Shown here piece by piece: positions 28,401-40,000 of a DNA stretch of 64,000 nucleotides. Under the pieces are notes generated by a model. The model searched no databases and was not told the DNA's origin. It worked only from the letters and a program-made list of their open reading frames with translations. Source of the stretch: Strigamia acuminata (lineage: Eukaryota). Numbering within the stretch: position 1 is the stretch's first letter; every line of letters begins with the position of its first letter. The DNA is taken from contig OX442314.1 of assembly GCA_949358305.1 (NCBI GenBank), positions 15,996,001-16,060,000 on the forward strand, given 5' to 3'. A program made the translations under genes and the position numbers.

Positions 28401-28745
28401 CTAGTAGTACCAAAATGGACCTCACAAGCGTGGTTTGTACCACTGTTGGACTGCTTGGTCGCAGTACCAGTGTCCTTTCCGGCCCCAGAACATCTGATGT
28501 TGGTTCATCAACCAGAGGCCCAGTTTCCTCTCCAGGCCCTGCAGCTCCTTGGCTGCAAAGTCAGTGGAGTGACCTCATCGCAGGAGGCTTTTCGCCGGAC
28601 GCTGCCAACTTGTACTCGGCCGGGTGGAGATCGACAACTGTCAGAACGTACACGGCGGGAATTAAGAGGTGGACGGAATTTTCTGGTGAAGGGTCACCTT
28701 ATTCCAATCCACTCCCTCCCAGTCTTGACCCAAACTATCGTTTAA
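25461..28745 (+). CDS. DIRS Gag-Pol: gag-like region, reverse transcriptase, RNase H, adenine-methyltransferase-like domain
   Basis: RT motifs KIDLTNAF, MPMGLASAP and YLDD. RNase H motifs FTDAS..GWG, HINVKEL and HIPGKENVMADYLSR. MT-like motifs IDLFA and YAFPPF. Confidence 0.93.
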   Translation: MNSQVMITDSGFPTLNDHVVQNLQNEEVHEPNHEEEIVEEPPSPRRMQNRIECLADTVYELKDIMQNLLTAKTVVVSPQNTAMAGPGAVPTPKATDGTTSLLNPAIAVPLVVTSKPVDGSTAPTPATKVGFSDVSKLLGAETKFGDAWPAELEALVSKSLFETSTEFRDQLVEKLIIPENAKYLDPPKVDGTLFGEVQPWIRSRDTTSLKHQKLVLKAYIPLASAMKDVVAGNLDPNSLVIHLAEAMTLLGAMNTALTLRRRLDFADSLAPRYKQFAKGKVVFPSDLFGPDLSKQIKEFDELKKVTSKATFDKAENRKSDRDKNYRRFHPYNRYDNKYDYKRSDNSRSFDFKRQNSMNIVCSNPVTEFTNSDSLCRSGEEPAREILQEVATESPVIENENVRNKELFFNLHISHLSFKPGNLQYYLPVWRKITSNPFVLSALSGIKFDLNFDKLVHVKRTEYRMKLSETSAISQAVDKLCLQGIIKQVAHVEGEYLSPIFAVPKPDGSVRIILNLKKFNESLEYLHFKMASLKDAINLMKKGQFMFKIDLTNAFYLLPIKNEFKKYVRFLWQGQLYEYQVMPMGLASAPRTFTKVMCPVFSELRTWGICGIPYLDDGIFLCDSFCEAKNACIDVINFFQKLGLCINWEKSEFIPKTRIEFLGLTLDSRKMEVSLPERKIVKITKLASRLLQLENFSIQDLAIFIGNLVSAEPALSDGFWNIKPLESFKTGQLFLHDHNYNTLVKNYPDIKAELSRWTKLENFSPKDLNRRDVDTEVFTDASNLGWGASWNSRSANGQWTAEENDFHINVKELLALWFAWKVFAPFDGKKHVLFHSDSSTVVSVFRNQGSKVQQLHHFGRLVWEDSQRLNIDLSVIHIPGKENVMADYLSRNFLTTDGEWSLSPKMFNKLKSLFGLPEIDLFATRLNHKLPKYFSWGPDPFAYRIDAFSHSWKETFAYAFPPFCLISRILQKIRQDQATVLLVVPKWTSQAWFVPLLDCLVAVPVSFPAPEHLMLVHQPEAQFPLQALQLLGCKVSGVTSSQEAFRRTLPTCTRPGGDRQLSERTRRELRGGRNFLVKGHLIPIHSLPVLTQTIV

Positions 28746-29548
28746 CGCTCGTCAATACCGCAAATTTCATCGCCTCAAGATTCAATGAAGGCTTGTCACA
28801 CTCCTCCATTTCGGGAAGTTTAGCGGCCATCACCGCCGCAGGCTTCATTGACCCGTCAATTAGAGCTGATGATCGTATCGCCCGAATTCTAAAAGGAGTT
28901 AATAATTTAAGGCCGAACTTACCACGTTATGTGGCCACTTGGGACGTGGGCCTAGCTCTGAACGCCCTGCGAAAACTCTGGCCGCATGATGATCTCGATT
29001 GGAGACAACTCCAAGAAAAACTGCTCATGCTGCTGGCTTTAACAACTGCTGCCAGGGTCAGCTCGCTGCAAAGTTTTAAAATTTCGGAGATGACAGTCTC
29101 AACTGACGCGGTCATTTTCAACCCGAAAACTTTACACAAGCATTCTCGTGTTGGACACCATACTGTATTTCGAGTGGCCCCTTATTTGCAAGAACGGGCC
29201 ATCTGCCCTTTCAAGGCCCTGATGGATTTTTTGGCCAAAACAAATCCGTTACGCAAGGACGATGGTTTGTTCTTAAAATTACAACCACCCCATGCCGCAC
29301 CTACCAAAGATACTGTGCGACGATGGATTAAGGATTTTTTAAAAAAGATCGGCGTCGGTCAAGAGTTTGGTGCTCATTCGACGCGAGCTGCGGCCACCAG
29401 CGCAGCCGCCAGTGTTATTCCGGTACAACAAATATTAGGTGTTGCCGGTTGGACCTCCGAACAAACATTCGCGAGGTTCTACAACAAAACAATTGTCAAC
29501 CACAATGCTTTTCAGGAATCAGTCCTAAACAGACCAATTCCAAAATAA
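28415..29548 (+). CDS. DIRS tyrosine recombinase (overlaps the 3' end of pol)
   Basis: AARVSSL, HSTRAA, GW and FARFY give the catalytic R...HxxR...W...Y pattern. Confidence 0.92.
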   Translation: MDLTSVVCTTVGLLGRSTSVLSGPRTSDVGSSTRGPVSSPGPAAPWLQSQWSDLIAGGFSPDAANLYSAGWRSTTVRTYTAGIKRWTEFSGEGSPYSNPLPPSLDPNYRLTLVNTANFIASRFNEGLSHSSISGSLAAITAAGFIDPSIRADDRIARILKGVNNLRPNLPRYVATWDVGLALNALRKLWPHDDLDWRQLQEKLLMLLALTTAARVSSLQSFKISEMTVSTDAVIFNPKTLHKHSRVGHHTVFRVAPYLQERAICPFKALMDFLAKTNPLRKDDGLFLKLQPPHAAPTKDTVRRWIKDFLKKIGVGQEFGAHSTRAAATSAAASVIPVQQILGVAGWTSEQTFARFYNKTIVNHNAFQESVLNRPIPK

Positions 29549-29645
29549 ATTCATAAATAAAAAATGATTAAACTGAAAAATTGTTAAATTTGTTTTTTCC
29601 AAAACATTTTTATTTTTATCCTATGGAAAAAAGTTACCTTTCAAG

Positions 29646-29782
29646 TCTCCTGTTTAGCCGGAGATTACTAAGAGTGAATGTAATCTCGGCTGAACGAAGT
29701 GAAGCGGAGCGAAGCGGAGCGAAGCGGAGCGAACGAGTGAAAGCCGATAACATTCACTCGTGTAATTGGAGGTTTAACAGGA
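29646..29782. repeat. DIRS internal complementary region (ICR)
   Basis: The reverse complement of the left end (25244-25278) is joined to the reverse complement of the right extension (about 29999-30090). Confidence 0.93.
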
Positions 29783-30090
29783 CCCACCGACCTCCCTTGT
29801 CACAACTAAATTATCTAAGCTCCATCTAACACAAACTAATTCGTTTTCAATCACTACCTAGCGTTCTAAATGTTTAAAAATGAACGAAAATCACGCTTAC
29901 CGTCAACACCGTTGATTTCGTCGACTCCATTTTGTCCTTCACTTCCTTTTTTCCAGGATAGCTTTTAAGACTGACGTAACCCGACTAGTAGCGCCATCTC
30001 CTGTTAAACCTCCAATTACACGAGTGAATGTTATCGGCTTTCACTCGTTCGCTCCGCTTCGCTCCGCTTCACTTCGTTCAGCCGAGATTA

Positions 30091-30670
30091 CAGTCAAACT
30101 GTTGTAAATGTATTAGTTGATGCAACAAATTTTAAAAAATAAATTTCTCTAAAAGCTGTTTTTCATTTTACATTCAAATATTCCAGTATATCACATACAA
30201 TACCTACCGTATTCTGAATTTTGTCACGAAAACAACAGACCTAGCCAATGGTAACTGGATTATTGGGACCAATTTGTACAAATTCCAAAAGAAAAAAAGA
30301 GAAAAAAAGGCAATTGTGCACTCAAGTGACGCCACATGGTGTTCTCGCAGTTCAAATAAGGCGAAGGAAAGGAAGTTATCATTTACCAAACACAAACATT
30401 ACCTGCCAGGCCAGGCGTCAATTTATACAAAAATTTTGCCTTTGAACAAAAACAACAGCCAAACGTTTGTACATATTATAGAAAAAAAGTGTAGCTGTGT
30501 AAAATATTGTGAATTGTATTTTGGTCCAGAAGGAAATTCGTCTATTCAAATATGTACACATCTGGCCAAATAAATTGTCACAGTCTCCTGTGCTGCAGCA
30601 CAGGAGAATGTGAAGACTATAGCCATATTGTTCGTCGTAATTCATTGTAAATTGTGTTTGGAACACCAAA
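30091..30670 (+). mobile_element. Possible decayed piggyBac-like transposase, split by the DIRS insertion (left part about 24900-25243)
   Basis: Rejoining the flanks gives INHYKSSQTVVNVL, similar to the piggyBac YNxTKxGVD motif. Downstream are KRQLCTQV...QIRRR...LP and a Cys-rich end. The match is weak and by eye. Confidence 0.35.
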
Positions 30671-31468
30671 CTAATGGTTTGAATTTTTCAAGTAGCTATT
30701 AAAAAATTCCAAAAAACATTAATCTGTGGCGTGTTATTGGCACCTCAACTTTAAACTATTTTTTTTTTATTTTATAATTTCCATCAAGCGTCATTTTCTA
30801 TTGAACATTTTCTAAACTCAATAAGAATAAGTTCCCAACAAAACGAAGAGAGTGATGTTTGTATTGGAAATTATTAAATATTAACCCAAGCAATATGCAA
30901 GCAATATGAATAAAAGATATTTACTTATCACTTAAAAAAAATGTATGTGAGATTTACTACTGAAACCTTGCTTTAAGTAAAGTGCTCAATAATGGATTTC
31001 GCAACTTTCATGGTCATTAAAGTAAATTATACATTTTTTTTTTAAAAAAATAATTAAAGTTCAGATAATCTGTCAAATCAAAATTCAAGGACAAACAAAA
31101 AAATGAACAAACAAAAAATGAACAAAGTCCAACAAATTGTAAAAGATAAAAAAATAAAAGGTTAGTAGCCTTCAATGTACACATCCGAGTATGCAACCAA
31201 GACTCAGAAATAAAATAAACACTTAAAGTACATTTGACTCGTTAATAAATATATTTACCAATTTCACACATTTTTATAACCTGTAATTACTAGATTTGGC
31301 ACAAAACTTAAGCTGACAATTTATCTCGTCATCACGTAATACACTTTTTGCATTTTTTCTGACTTTTACGTGACTAGAAGATGAAGTGGTCTCTCCCTGT
31401 ACACTATTTAAGAAGGGCAAGGCTCGTTATGTGCCCACAGCCAACATTTTCATCAAGTTTCGCACACC

Positions 31469-32169
31469 ATGAAGATAAGCATTTTCCTCACATTATTTTT
31501 CGTGGCTTTTGCCACGGCAAAAGTTTTCACCGAATGTGAAGTTGGCAAAGCGTTATTGAGTGCAGGAGTGTCCCGAACAGCAATACCAAGAGGTACTTAA
31601 TACAATTCTAAATAATCAAAATTCTAGATATAAAATCGAGAAAAAAAACATTTCCAGTTATCTGCTATGCGAAAAAAGTAAGCGGATTAGAGAGCAGCAC
31701 CCAGTCCGAAGCTGATGAAGATGGAGATAGAAAACATGGAATATTTCATGTAAATACGTCTTAAATTAATACATACTTTCAATTTTACAATTCAATCTTT
31801 TTTATAGTTTAATGACAGGGCATGGTGCAAAAATGGAGACAAGTCAAGCGGAAATTCATGCGCGATGACTTGTGATTGTATGTTTTGATGTTGTTTATAT
31901 TTATATTTATTTCGCCGCCTCTTAATTTTATAATTGTAATTTCATAGCTTTGAGAGACGACGATATTGCAAATGATGCCGAGTGTGTGGCTAGAATGGAG
32001 GATAGAAACGAATTCAGCACTTTGTAAGATTGTGCAGTTTAATGATATTGTTGTTTTACAACAAGTCATATATTCAAGCAAATATTTTCTTTCGTATTTT
32101 TACAGCGAAGGTTATCAGGACTGCTTGAGTGCACCACAAACAATTGTTGGCGTTGGCTGCATTTTGTAA
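31469..32169 (+). CDS. C-type lysozyme-like secreted protein, predicted non-catalytic
   Basis: Exons 31469-31592, 31658-31749, 31808-31877, 31948-32023, 32106-32169 encode a signal peptide, then KVFTECE...ICYAKKVSG...DGDRKHGIFHFNDRAWC...NSCAMTCDSLRDDDIANDAEC, with 8 Cys. Confidence 0.85.
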
Positions 32170-33218
32170 TCTGATTTGTATAACTCGATCAACAATTTCC
32201 ATCAAACTTTATTAGCTATTCCACTCACTAAAGATCACCAAGGTCCCTGTAATGAAGCGAAGAGCGAAATAATTAATGCCATATCCACCACTGTCAAATG
32301 GCAATAATAATTTTGGCATAAAAAATTTTAAAATCGAATTTTGAAAAAAGTTTTCATTGTAAAAAATCGTTTTAATAAAAATACAAAATTGCAAAAGAAT
32401 TTTATTTATTTATTTTTATTATGAAATAACCAATTTAACTACGTACATATCCCTAACTGTCATGGTCATTCCATCCAGAGTCCAGACGTATGTATGAAAT
32501 GTAGGTTATACCTACAAACAAAAATTAAAAGCTCTTCTTCCACTCCTTGTCACGAAATTAGAATACCGTAATCTCTATGAAAACTTATTCTTTTCATCAA
32601 TTCATTCAAAATAAAAACAGTTCTTTTCTTCTGAGAAAAATCAGTTTTTTATTGCTTGTAAATAAACAAAAACAGAATAAAATAAAATAAGTTCAGGTAT
32701 CCAGTGTGAGTTTTCCGACTAAATAAAAAAAATCCAGTCGGCCAAACTCAAAAATGTGGAAACTGTGGAAACCGAGTCCAGATTCTGTTTCATTTAAAGA
32801 TACATGGAGGATGAGATATATTCATCAACGTGCATCCATCCAGAACTCTGCTAATACTCCTAGGAGCTGTATAATTTGGGGCTGCAGGCCAGCAAACAAT
32901 GTCAGGGCCGGATTAAGGCCTTCCAGGGCCCCAACCACTATCGTTATTATGGTGTCCCCAAATATTTTAAAATTAGTACATCCTAATCCTTTTCCGACGT
33001 GTTCCCCGGGGCCCTAAGCCGTAAAGTTATTTTGGTGCCCCCAAATATTTTAAAGCTGGTATAGTATTTTTATTTTGTATGATTCGATGAAGAAAAATCG
33101 GTTTTCGTATAGAGATTATTCTAATTTCGTGGCAAGATGTGTTTACATGTCAAATCATAATTCAAGGACAAACCAACAAAAAAAAATAGTTAAAGCATAA
33201 GCTATGGAAAACATTATA

Positions 33219-33654
33219 CAGGGTGAGTCAAAAGTCACGAACTGGTCTGAAATCTTAATAACCTGTTTTAAATTAATTTTTCTTTAACTATTTTGTATAG
33301 AAGACTTTACAAAATAATAGTTAAAGAAAAATTTAAAAAAGATTAGATTTTAAAAAAGTTATTAATGTTGAAACAGAATGACTGGGTCCGCTGTTCCCGA
33401 GATATGATTTATAGAAATCTTCTTATTCTCCACCTTCGCTTTTATCAGATGATATTTCCTGTTCAGGTACTTGCTCCGCACACGCGCTGAATGCCGTCTT
33501 GCAGCCATATTTATTCACAGCCGTTCGTACGAACAACAGCAGTAACAATACAAAGCATTCACATTCTTGCGTTTGCAATGGCAGAAAACACCAATGTCAA
33601 AAACACAACCACAATTAAGACTTCAGACCGGTTTGTGACTCCTAGCCCACCCTG
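33219..33654. mobile_element. Tc1/mariner-type non-autonomous element
   Basis: TA|CAGGGTGAGTCAAAAGTCACGAACTGGTCTGAA ... TTCAGACCGGTTTGTGACTCCTAGCCCACCCTG|TA. Confidence 0.75.
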
Positions 33655-33729
33655 TACAAAGTCTGTCTTAAAACTTAAATATAAAACTTTTTTAACTATA
33701 AATTTTTAAACTTTCGCTTTTTTTCTTTT

Positions 33730-33925
33730 GGTTTTGTACGTGACTAGGAGATAAAGCAGTTTCTCCTCGGGTTTCTCGCTTTTAAGAAGGTCCGGTAAAT
33801 TTTTCCAGACATGAGAGCGATAATTTCCATCCAAAATCACACGCCAAACATCAATATTTTCCATTCACTTTTTTGGATGCTACTGTGAGTGTCGGGGCTT
33901 ATCGGTGAATGTGAAGTAGGCATTT
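33730..33925 (+). pseudogene. Decayed promoter and exon 1 copy of the lysozyme-like gene
   Basis: TACGTGACTAG.AGAT, TTTAAGAAGG and GAATGTGAAGT.GGC are shared, in order, with 31367-31546. Confidence 0.5.
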
Positions 33926-35231
33926 CATACACTTACACAAGCGGTTGAAAGTAACTTACATCCGCCATATAAGGCATTGCGTGAAGAGGAATTGTTTTCC
34001 ATTCAATTTCGTGGATAATATTAATTCTTTCATTACTAAAATTGGTTTCAAATTTATTAAAACTAAAATTATTATAATTAAAGACTCATAATCAATCATA
34101 CGCCCTGTTTAGGAATCTTTTAATATTGAACAAATGGATTATATCATCATCATACAGAAATAGTTGTAAAGTAATGCTTGAATGAGTGACAACTAGACTA
34201 TGGTACCAACAAGTAAACAAATACTAATTATAAAAGAACAGAAATCACTAGGGTAGTTTTATATACGATTTTATCACAATCTCTTTATTAAAAGGTAAAA
34301 GTAAAATTGTCCACAACCAAATTTCATTCACTATAAACTGTACGTACCCATTCATTACGCATCAAATAATGCGGAAATTAATATGACATACATAACCAAG
34401 CAAGTATATTACTTATTAAATGTTTAAATTAAACCGAAGAAAGCGGCTTGTCGGCTGACAATTTTAAGGTCAGTTTTAATTTCAACTGAAGCGATTTTTT
34501 TTACATAAATTATTTCAACGTGTTAAAAATAAAGAAAAAATAGAATACAAAAAAAACCTAGCAAACTCAGTTTGTATTTTATAATTTTAATTTTATATAG
34601 GTAACTTAAAACCATTTTTTAAAAAAAAAAGACGATTGTCAGACAGAAATCATAAAAACAATTTGCCAAGCTGCCCCATCGCTTTCCCTCTATGCGACAT
34701 TTAATTTTTAAATTTTTTTAAAAAGCAATTACTCGACAACTACACTGCAATAACATACACACAAAGAAGAAGATTAATGTTCCCAAGTTCCCAAAAACAA
34801 AATAATAATAATAAGCTCTGCTGTAAAATATTTCCCAAAAAAAAAAAAAAAACATCAGCATCAGCTGCACCAAATTCCAATATTTAAAAATACAATATAT
34901 AAGTTATATGTACGTATCATATCATCCAATTACCCATTGCTTAATGCAAAAATTATTTCTATTTATCTCCGTTTCACATTTTTTTGTTTACAATAAGTCT
35001 AAACAGACTGACGTCTAAAATAAACAATAACTTAACCCACTGTATACCACAACATAAACTAACAAAAATATTCGAATTTACCACGTTCTGCATTTCGTCA
35101 TTTTGAGCATCGTCCAAACCAAACCGAAAGGGGTTTTGAGCTTCAAAAATATAGCCAGATAAATCTTTACGAGTATAAATGCACTTTATCGGCACATTTC
35201 TTGCGTAAACCAAAACGCATTCCATATCACA

Positions 35232-37050
35232 TCACAAACAAGTTAACGTATCCTTTTGTTCCAAGGGGAAATCATTATGTTCAGTTGTCGTCCATTGAAG
35301 TGGCACACTCTGAGTCTTACACTGTTTTCCTTCCTCTTCCTTTTTACTTGATCCAAGTATTCTCAAAGGTCCTTTGGGTAACTGAAAGCACATCGATACT
35401 CCATGTCCACTCCCAGAACTCTCCGGCGTCACCGGAGACTCCGGACTTTGAGGTGATACATTTACATTTGGTGGATCACCGTTGGGAACGGTCAAATAAT
35501 TCTGCTTGGTAGTTCTTAGGCTGCTGTCACGTGTACTATTGTTTCGAAAGCTTCCTCGCCCCCGACTGCGGGTACTGCCATGGCGACTGGATCCTGCACG
35601 ACGAAAAGATCTTTGTGACGGAGACCGAGAGCGATAACTAGGAGACCGACTCAGCATTCCTTCGGTAACTGTGGTCTTGTAACAAACGCTTTGGGAATGT
35701 ATCGGCGACGGTGGATGATACCAGCAAGGAAGAAAAGTCAGAAAGAACGTTTTCCGGTATCTATCACTAAAAGCGCAGTATAGAACGAAGTTGCACGAAG
35801 CATTCATGGCCATGAGCAAATTACAAATGTTGTTTAAGCTGACGACTATGCTCTGTTCCTTTTCGTTGCCGTCCACTGACATCGTGCCGTAGATAAGCAT
35901 GATACTGGTTGGTACCTACAATTTACACCCGTATTAATAAACGTTTAATTTTTTTTATTACAGTAGAGCATCGATTATTGAAACTAATTGAGAGACAGAC
36001 ACAAAGGTGTTCATAAAAACGATTTGTTCGCATAATCGGACATTAGGTTCATGTATATGAAAGTATAAAATCAATATAAAAAAAATCATTAAAAATAAAT
36101 TTTAAAAAATCTGTAATAAATCGATCAGATAATTCAGATAATCGATGCTCTACCGTATGTGAGTTTTAATTTACCTGACATAGTAAGAAGAGAACCACAA
36201 CAGCAATGAGCATGATAGTTATTTTCGTTTCTTGACTAGAGTATTGTTCTTGACGTTCGCCTCTTACCGACGTCATCCGCCTCCTTTCTTGCTTGGAATG
36301 ATGAACGGCACGAATAAGAAATGAATTGAACACAGCAATCAACGTGAGAGGAATGAGAATGAAGAAAATGGTGGTGAACCAGTAATAAACTTTCTGGTAA
36401 GTGGCGTCGTCGCCCAATGAAGAATAGCCTATCGCGTACAAGGTCTGGTTCGTGTTGCTATCTCTTCGCGTGCCCAAAGCGTACTCGAACGGCGTCGGCA
36501 AAGTGCTAATGAAACAGAACAAAAACACGCCTATCACCACAAATTTTGCTCGGGACTCCGTACACAAAACCTTCCCTCTGATCGGATGGCACACAGCAAT
36601 ATAACGTTCGAGTGTGAAGGAAACTGTGAGCCAAACAGAAGTATTACTGCACGCGTCGGTCAACATGTGTCCGTAGCCGTAATATTCAAAATAAGTGTAA
36701 TAACTTTTGACACTGTCGTAATGAATGAGGGATAAAGTAAAGTTGAAGATCAAATAAAACAAATCGGAAGTGGCTAAAGCTGTTAAGTACAAATGAGTAG
36801 AAGATCTCATTCGACGTCTGGTCAACACCACGATCGTTACGGTGTTTCCCAAGACGCCCATGATCACCGTGATGGGAATGAGAACTTTCTGAATCCAAAA
36901 TCGCACTGTGTCTAGAAATATCTCGTATTCTGGGTTCGGGTAAGAATCGCTATCAATTGATGACAAATTTCCGTTCTGTCTTGTTGCGTTACTCCAAATG
37001 AAATCTTCCGAGCTGTTTTGCATCTTGTCGATAGCTGGCGATGCACTCAT
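35232..37050 (-). CDS. FMRFaR: Class A neuropeptide GPCR, FMRFamide-receptor-like
   Basis: Exons 36175-37050 and 35232-35915. Motifs GVLGN, RRRMRSS..LYLTALATSD, ERYIAVCHP, KITIMLIAVV.LFLLCQVP and NASCNFVLYC, with a Ser/Arg-rich tail. Confidence 0.85.
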
Positions 37051-40000
37051 CACATCACCGATTTAGGATTATTTCCGTTAACATTTTCTAATACTGAAGT
37101 CGATCGAAAATTTCTTTTCTCACAAATGATTCAGAAAAATAGAAGGCAGCTGTTATGTATATTTATATAATATATATTTATGTATGAGACATAGAAAATA
37201 TTGATCTTCCTATTAATTCTACATGAGGAACCTTCCTAAGCGCAGTGTTTCCAGTTTTGGCACTAGATGTCGCGTGGTGTGTTTCGTTTCTCATTTATAC
37301 TGAACAAAAGAATCTAAAAAAAAAAAATAGAAGTAATAAAAATTATTGTTATTACAAATTTATGTTAAATTGAGAATTGGAAATTCAAAGAATAAGCAGC
37401 CATCTTCGACCCATTCAATGATGCCTGCTCGAAAGAAAATTATATATTGATTACAGATTACCAAGCTCATTCACACACTCAAAAGTTTAATCCCTCATTA
37501 AAGCAAGGTTTTACTTCTTTTTTATATTTACAAACTGATCATTTCTAAAGCCGGAGTGAATTTAATGACATTTAAATTCAAAGTTGGCCGTAAGCCACTT
37601 GCCTACCTCACCGTAAACGCACAAAAAGTTGTTCCACGAGCCACGTCCAATTCATGGCGTTATGTATGGTATTTTTAAAAAAAAAAAAACCAAAAACGTC
37701 TGATAATGTCATCTTGAAAAGTTCCTTTTCTTGACTCAACAATAAATCAGCGCCAGATGGCATTTACGAGCCCAGAACAAGAAATAGCATTCAGCCTCAA
37801 TGAGAAGCGACCAGAGGGAGGGAAAACCTCAGTGTGACGTCACTAGAGAAATGATACCACCCAAACTGCACCGAGTGTAGATACCAATTAGCTACACAAA
37901 CACATTGCTGCAATTCGTTTTCACAATTATTTCATTTGGCTTTAACTTTGAATGGGAGAGGATAATCTCCCATGCACTTGACCCTCAGAAGGAAGATGCT
38001 GCCATTATCCATAATGAGGATAGTTATTATGGAAGTTTTTAGACCTTTTATGGTGTAGAAAATGGAAAATCCATACATTTAGTAGTCTACCTGCTGTACA
38101 TTCTCATCAAACATATGGCTACACCAACTGAGACAAAACACAGCTGGAGTTTTGATTGCTTTTTTTATTTTTCTATCTTCCATTCCATTTTTTTTTTACT
38201 CTCTCTCTCACTCTTTGTTTCTGTCTTTTTTCTGTGATGTATGGTACGAAGTTCCAAATTAGAATTTATCTGCTATTTTCCTTTTCAATACTTTTCCTCA
38301 CGATTCATTTTCACTCTTTGTTCTAAAATTTATTTTATGACAACACCTCATTTCCCCCAGTATTGTTCGTTCTGATTTTCTTCAGCGTAATAAAAAAAAA
38401 GAAATAGGCACATCATTAAGCATAACAATTTTAAACACTGATTACAACTTCCGCCTAATGAATAGAAATCAAGGAAAAACTCTGCCAAGTCTCTGATAAG
38501 TCCAATAATTGAACTACTTGTCAAGAACACTCTTTGATATGATTAAAGCAAGAACCATTGAAGACAGCCTCTGTCATTTTGCCAGTCTATACTTTTCTCT
38601 GTTGGAAACTTTGATTACATTTCCTATAATAATAACTAGCAGCCATTTCTATTACTTCTCTTTCTGCATAAGTTTAGCCTATCCAAAATACAATATCCTA
38701 ACCAAATGTACATTAATGGCTCGTATAAATTTCATCTTAAGTTGACATTAATTCCATCTGTCGCGTCGTTATACATATGAATTAATAATATTAACGATTT
38801 GTTGTTGTCATTGCTATCAAAATTAGTCGCGGTAATTATTTACTCTACATAAATAATTAAGTTTGTATTTATTTTATTTGTATAAATTTAGGATACAACA
38901 AACGATTTGATCTAATCCAACGTGCGTGATTAGCTGAAAAATCGAATACGGTAATTGCAATTATCACAATAATCAAATAACTGTCCTACTTCTCAAACCC
39001 CCTAACACATTCACTTATTAGAGCAAAACATGTGAGGAGCTTTGAATTGAGATAGAAAATTCACTTGTAACTGACATAAGTATACACGTAATTCCATCAG
39101 TTGCGTCACGATTCACAAATCGTGTTAAGCGGCTTCAATTACGCTTCCCCATTTTTTAAATATTAAATATTAAATAATATCTTATACTCTTATCAAGTAA
39201 TTATTTTAATTAGTAGATATTAATTTTGCCACTTACCGTGTTCTTACAATCTCTTCCTAATGACATTATCCCAGAATTTAAACATAATTCCGCAGCAAGA
39301 TCAAGTAAATATTCTGGATGCAAACGTCCTGGCACGATATTAATAAATACGACTAAATCAGACGACTAAACAGACGAACAACAAGACGAGTCAATACTGA
39401 TGAGAACCGGCCATTACTTGAGTCTGAAAACACACATCAAGACAGGATTGTGTCAAGTTCACTGCAGATAGTATTACAGTCATTACACAACCGCTTGCAG
39501 ATCACTTATCGCTTTCAGTTTGTATGCTAAATACACAAAGTTTCAACTCGAGGCTAAAAAATCAAACAAATATTAATAAAATCTGAAAAACTAGCTTTCA
39601 TATCGAATAAAAATATTTTACACCACAACCTAAAAATAAAAATATTTCATTCGCGGTTCGGACGTGTCGCATAAATTTTTCTCCCACCAAGAGTTACGCC
39701 ACGACCATCCAAACTGGACATTTAAAAAATATTATTTAATGTTGTTTACCCTCGCCCCTTGAGCTCTGCAGCATTTCAGGAAACAATAAAACTTAACTCA
39801 GGACAATTTAAAATCAATTTTCCTCGTCAGACTGTTATACAATGGAATGATATCTAAAGAAGAAAAATATGATTGCAACGCTTACAGCTGGATCCAAATG
39901 GGTTAGAAATTGTTTCTCGGTGGAATGTAATTTGAACACTGAACAAAAAAAAAAAAATAAAACAACAATTTTCTGCAAGTGTTGAAATGTGTTGGATTAA

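Larger units (their letters stand above)
25244..30090 (+). mobile_element. DIRS1-like tyrosine-recombinase retrotransposon, apparently full length
   Basis: Inverted terminal repeats (about 25270-25303 vs 29972-30005), a right extension to 30090, and an internal complementary region at 29646-29782 matching both ends. The gag-RT-RH-MT and YR ORFs are uninterrupted. Confidence 0.93.

Noticed and set aside
28415..29548. Phage integrase or bacterial contamination
   Set aside because: The recombinase sits with RT and RNase H inside a DIRS terminal structure, flanked by intron-containing host genes.
32900..33060. CAGGGCCGGATTAAGG hAT-like terminus with a short internal duplication
   Set aside because: No matching second TIR or TSD was found, so the element cannot be delimited.
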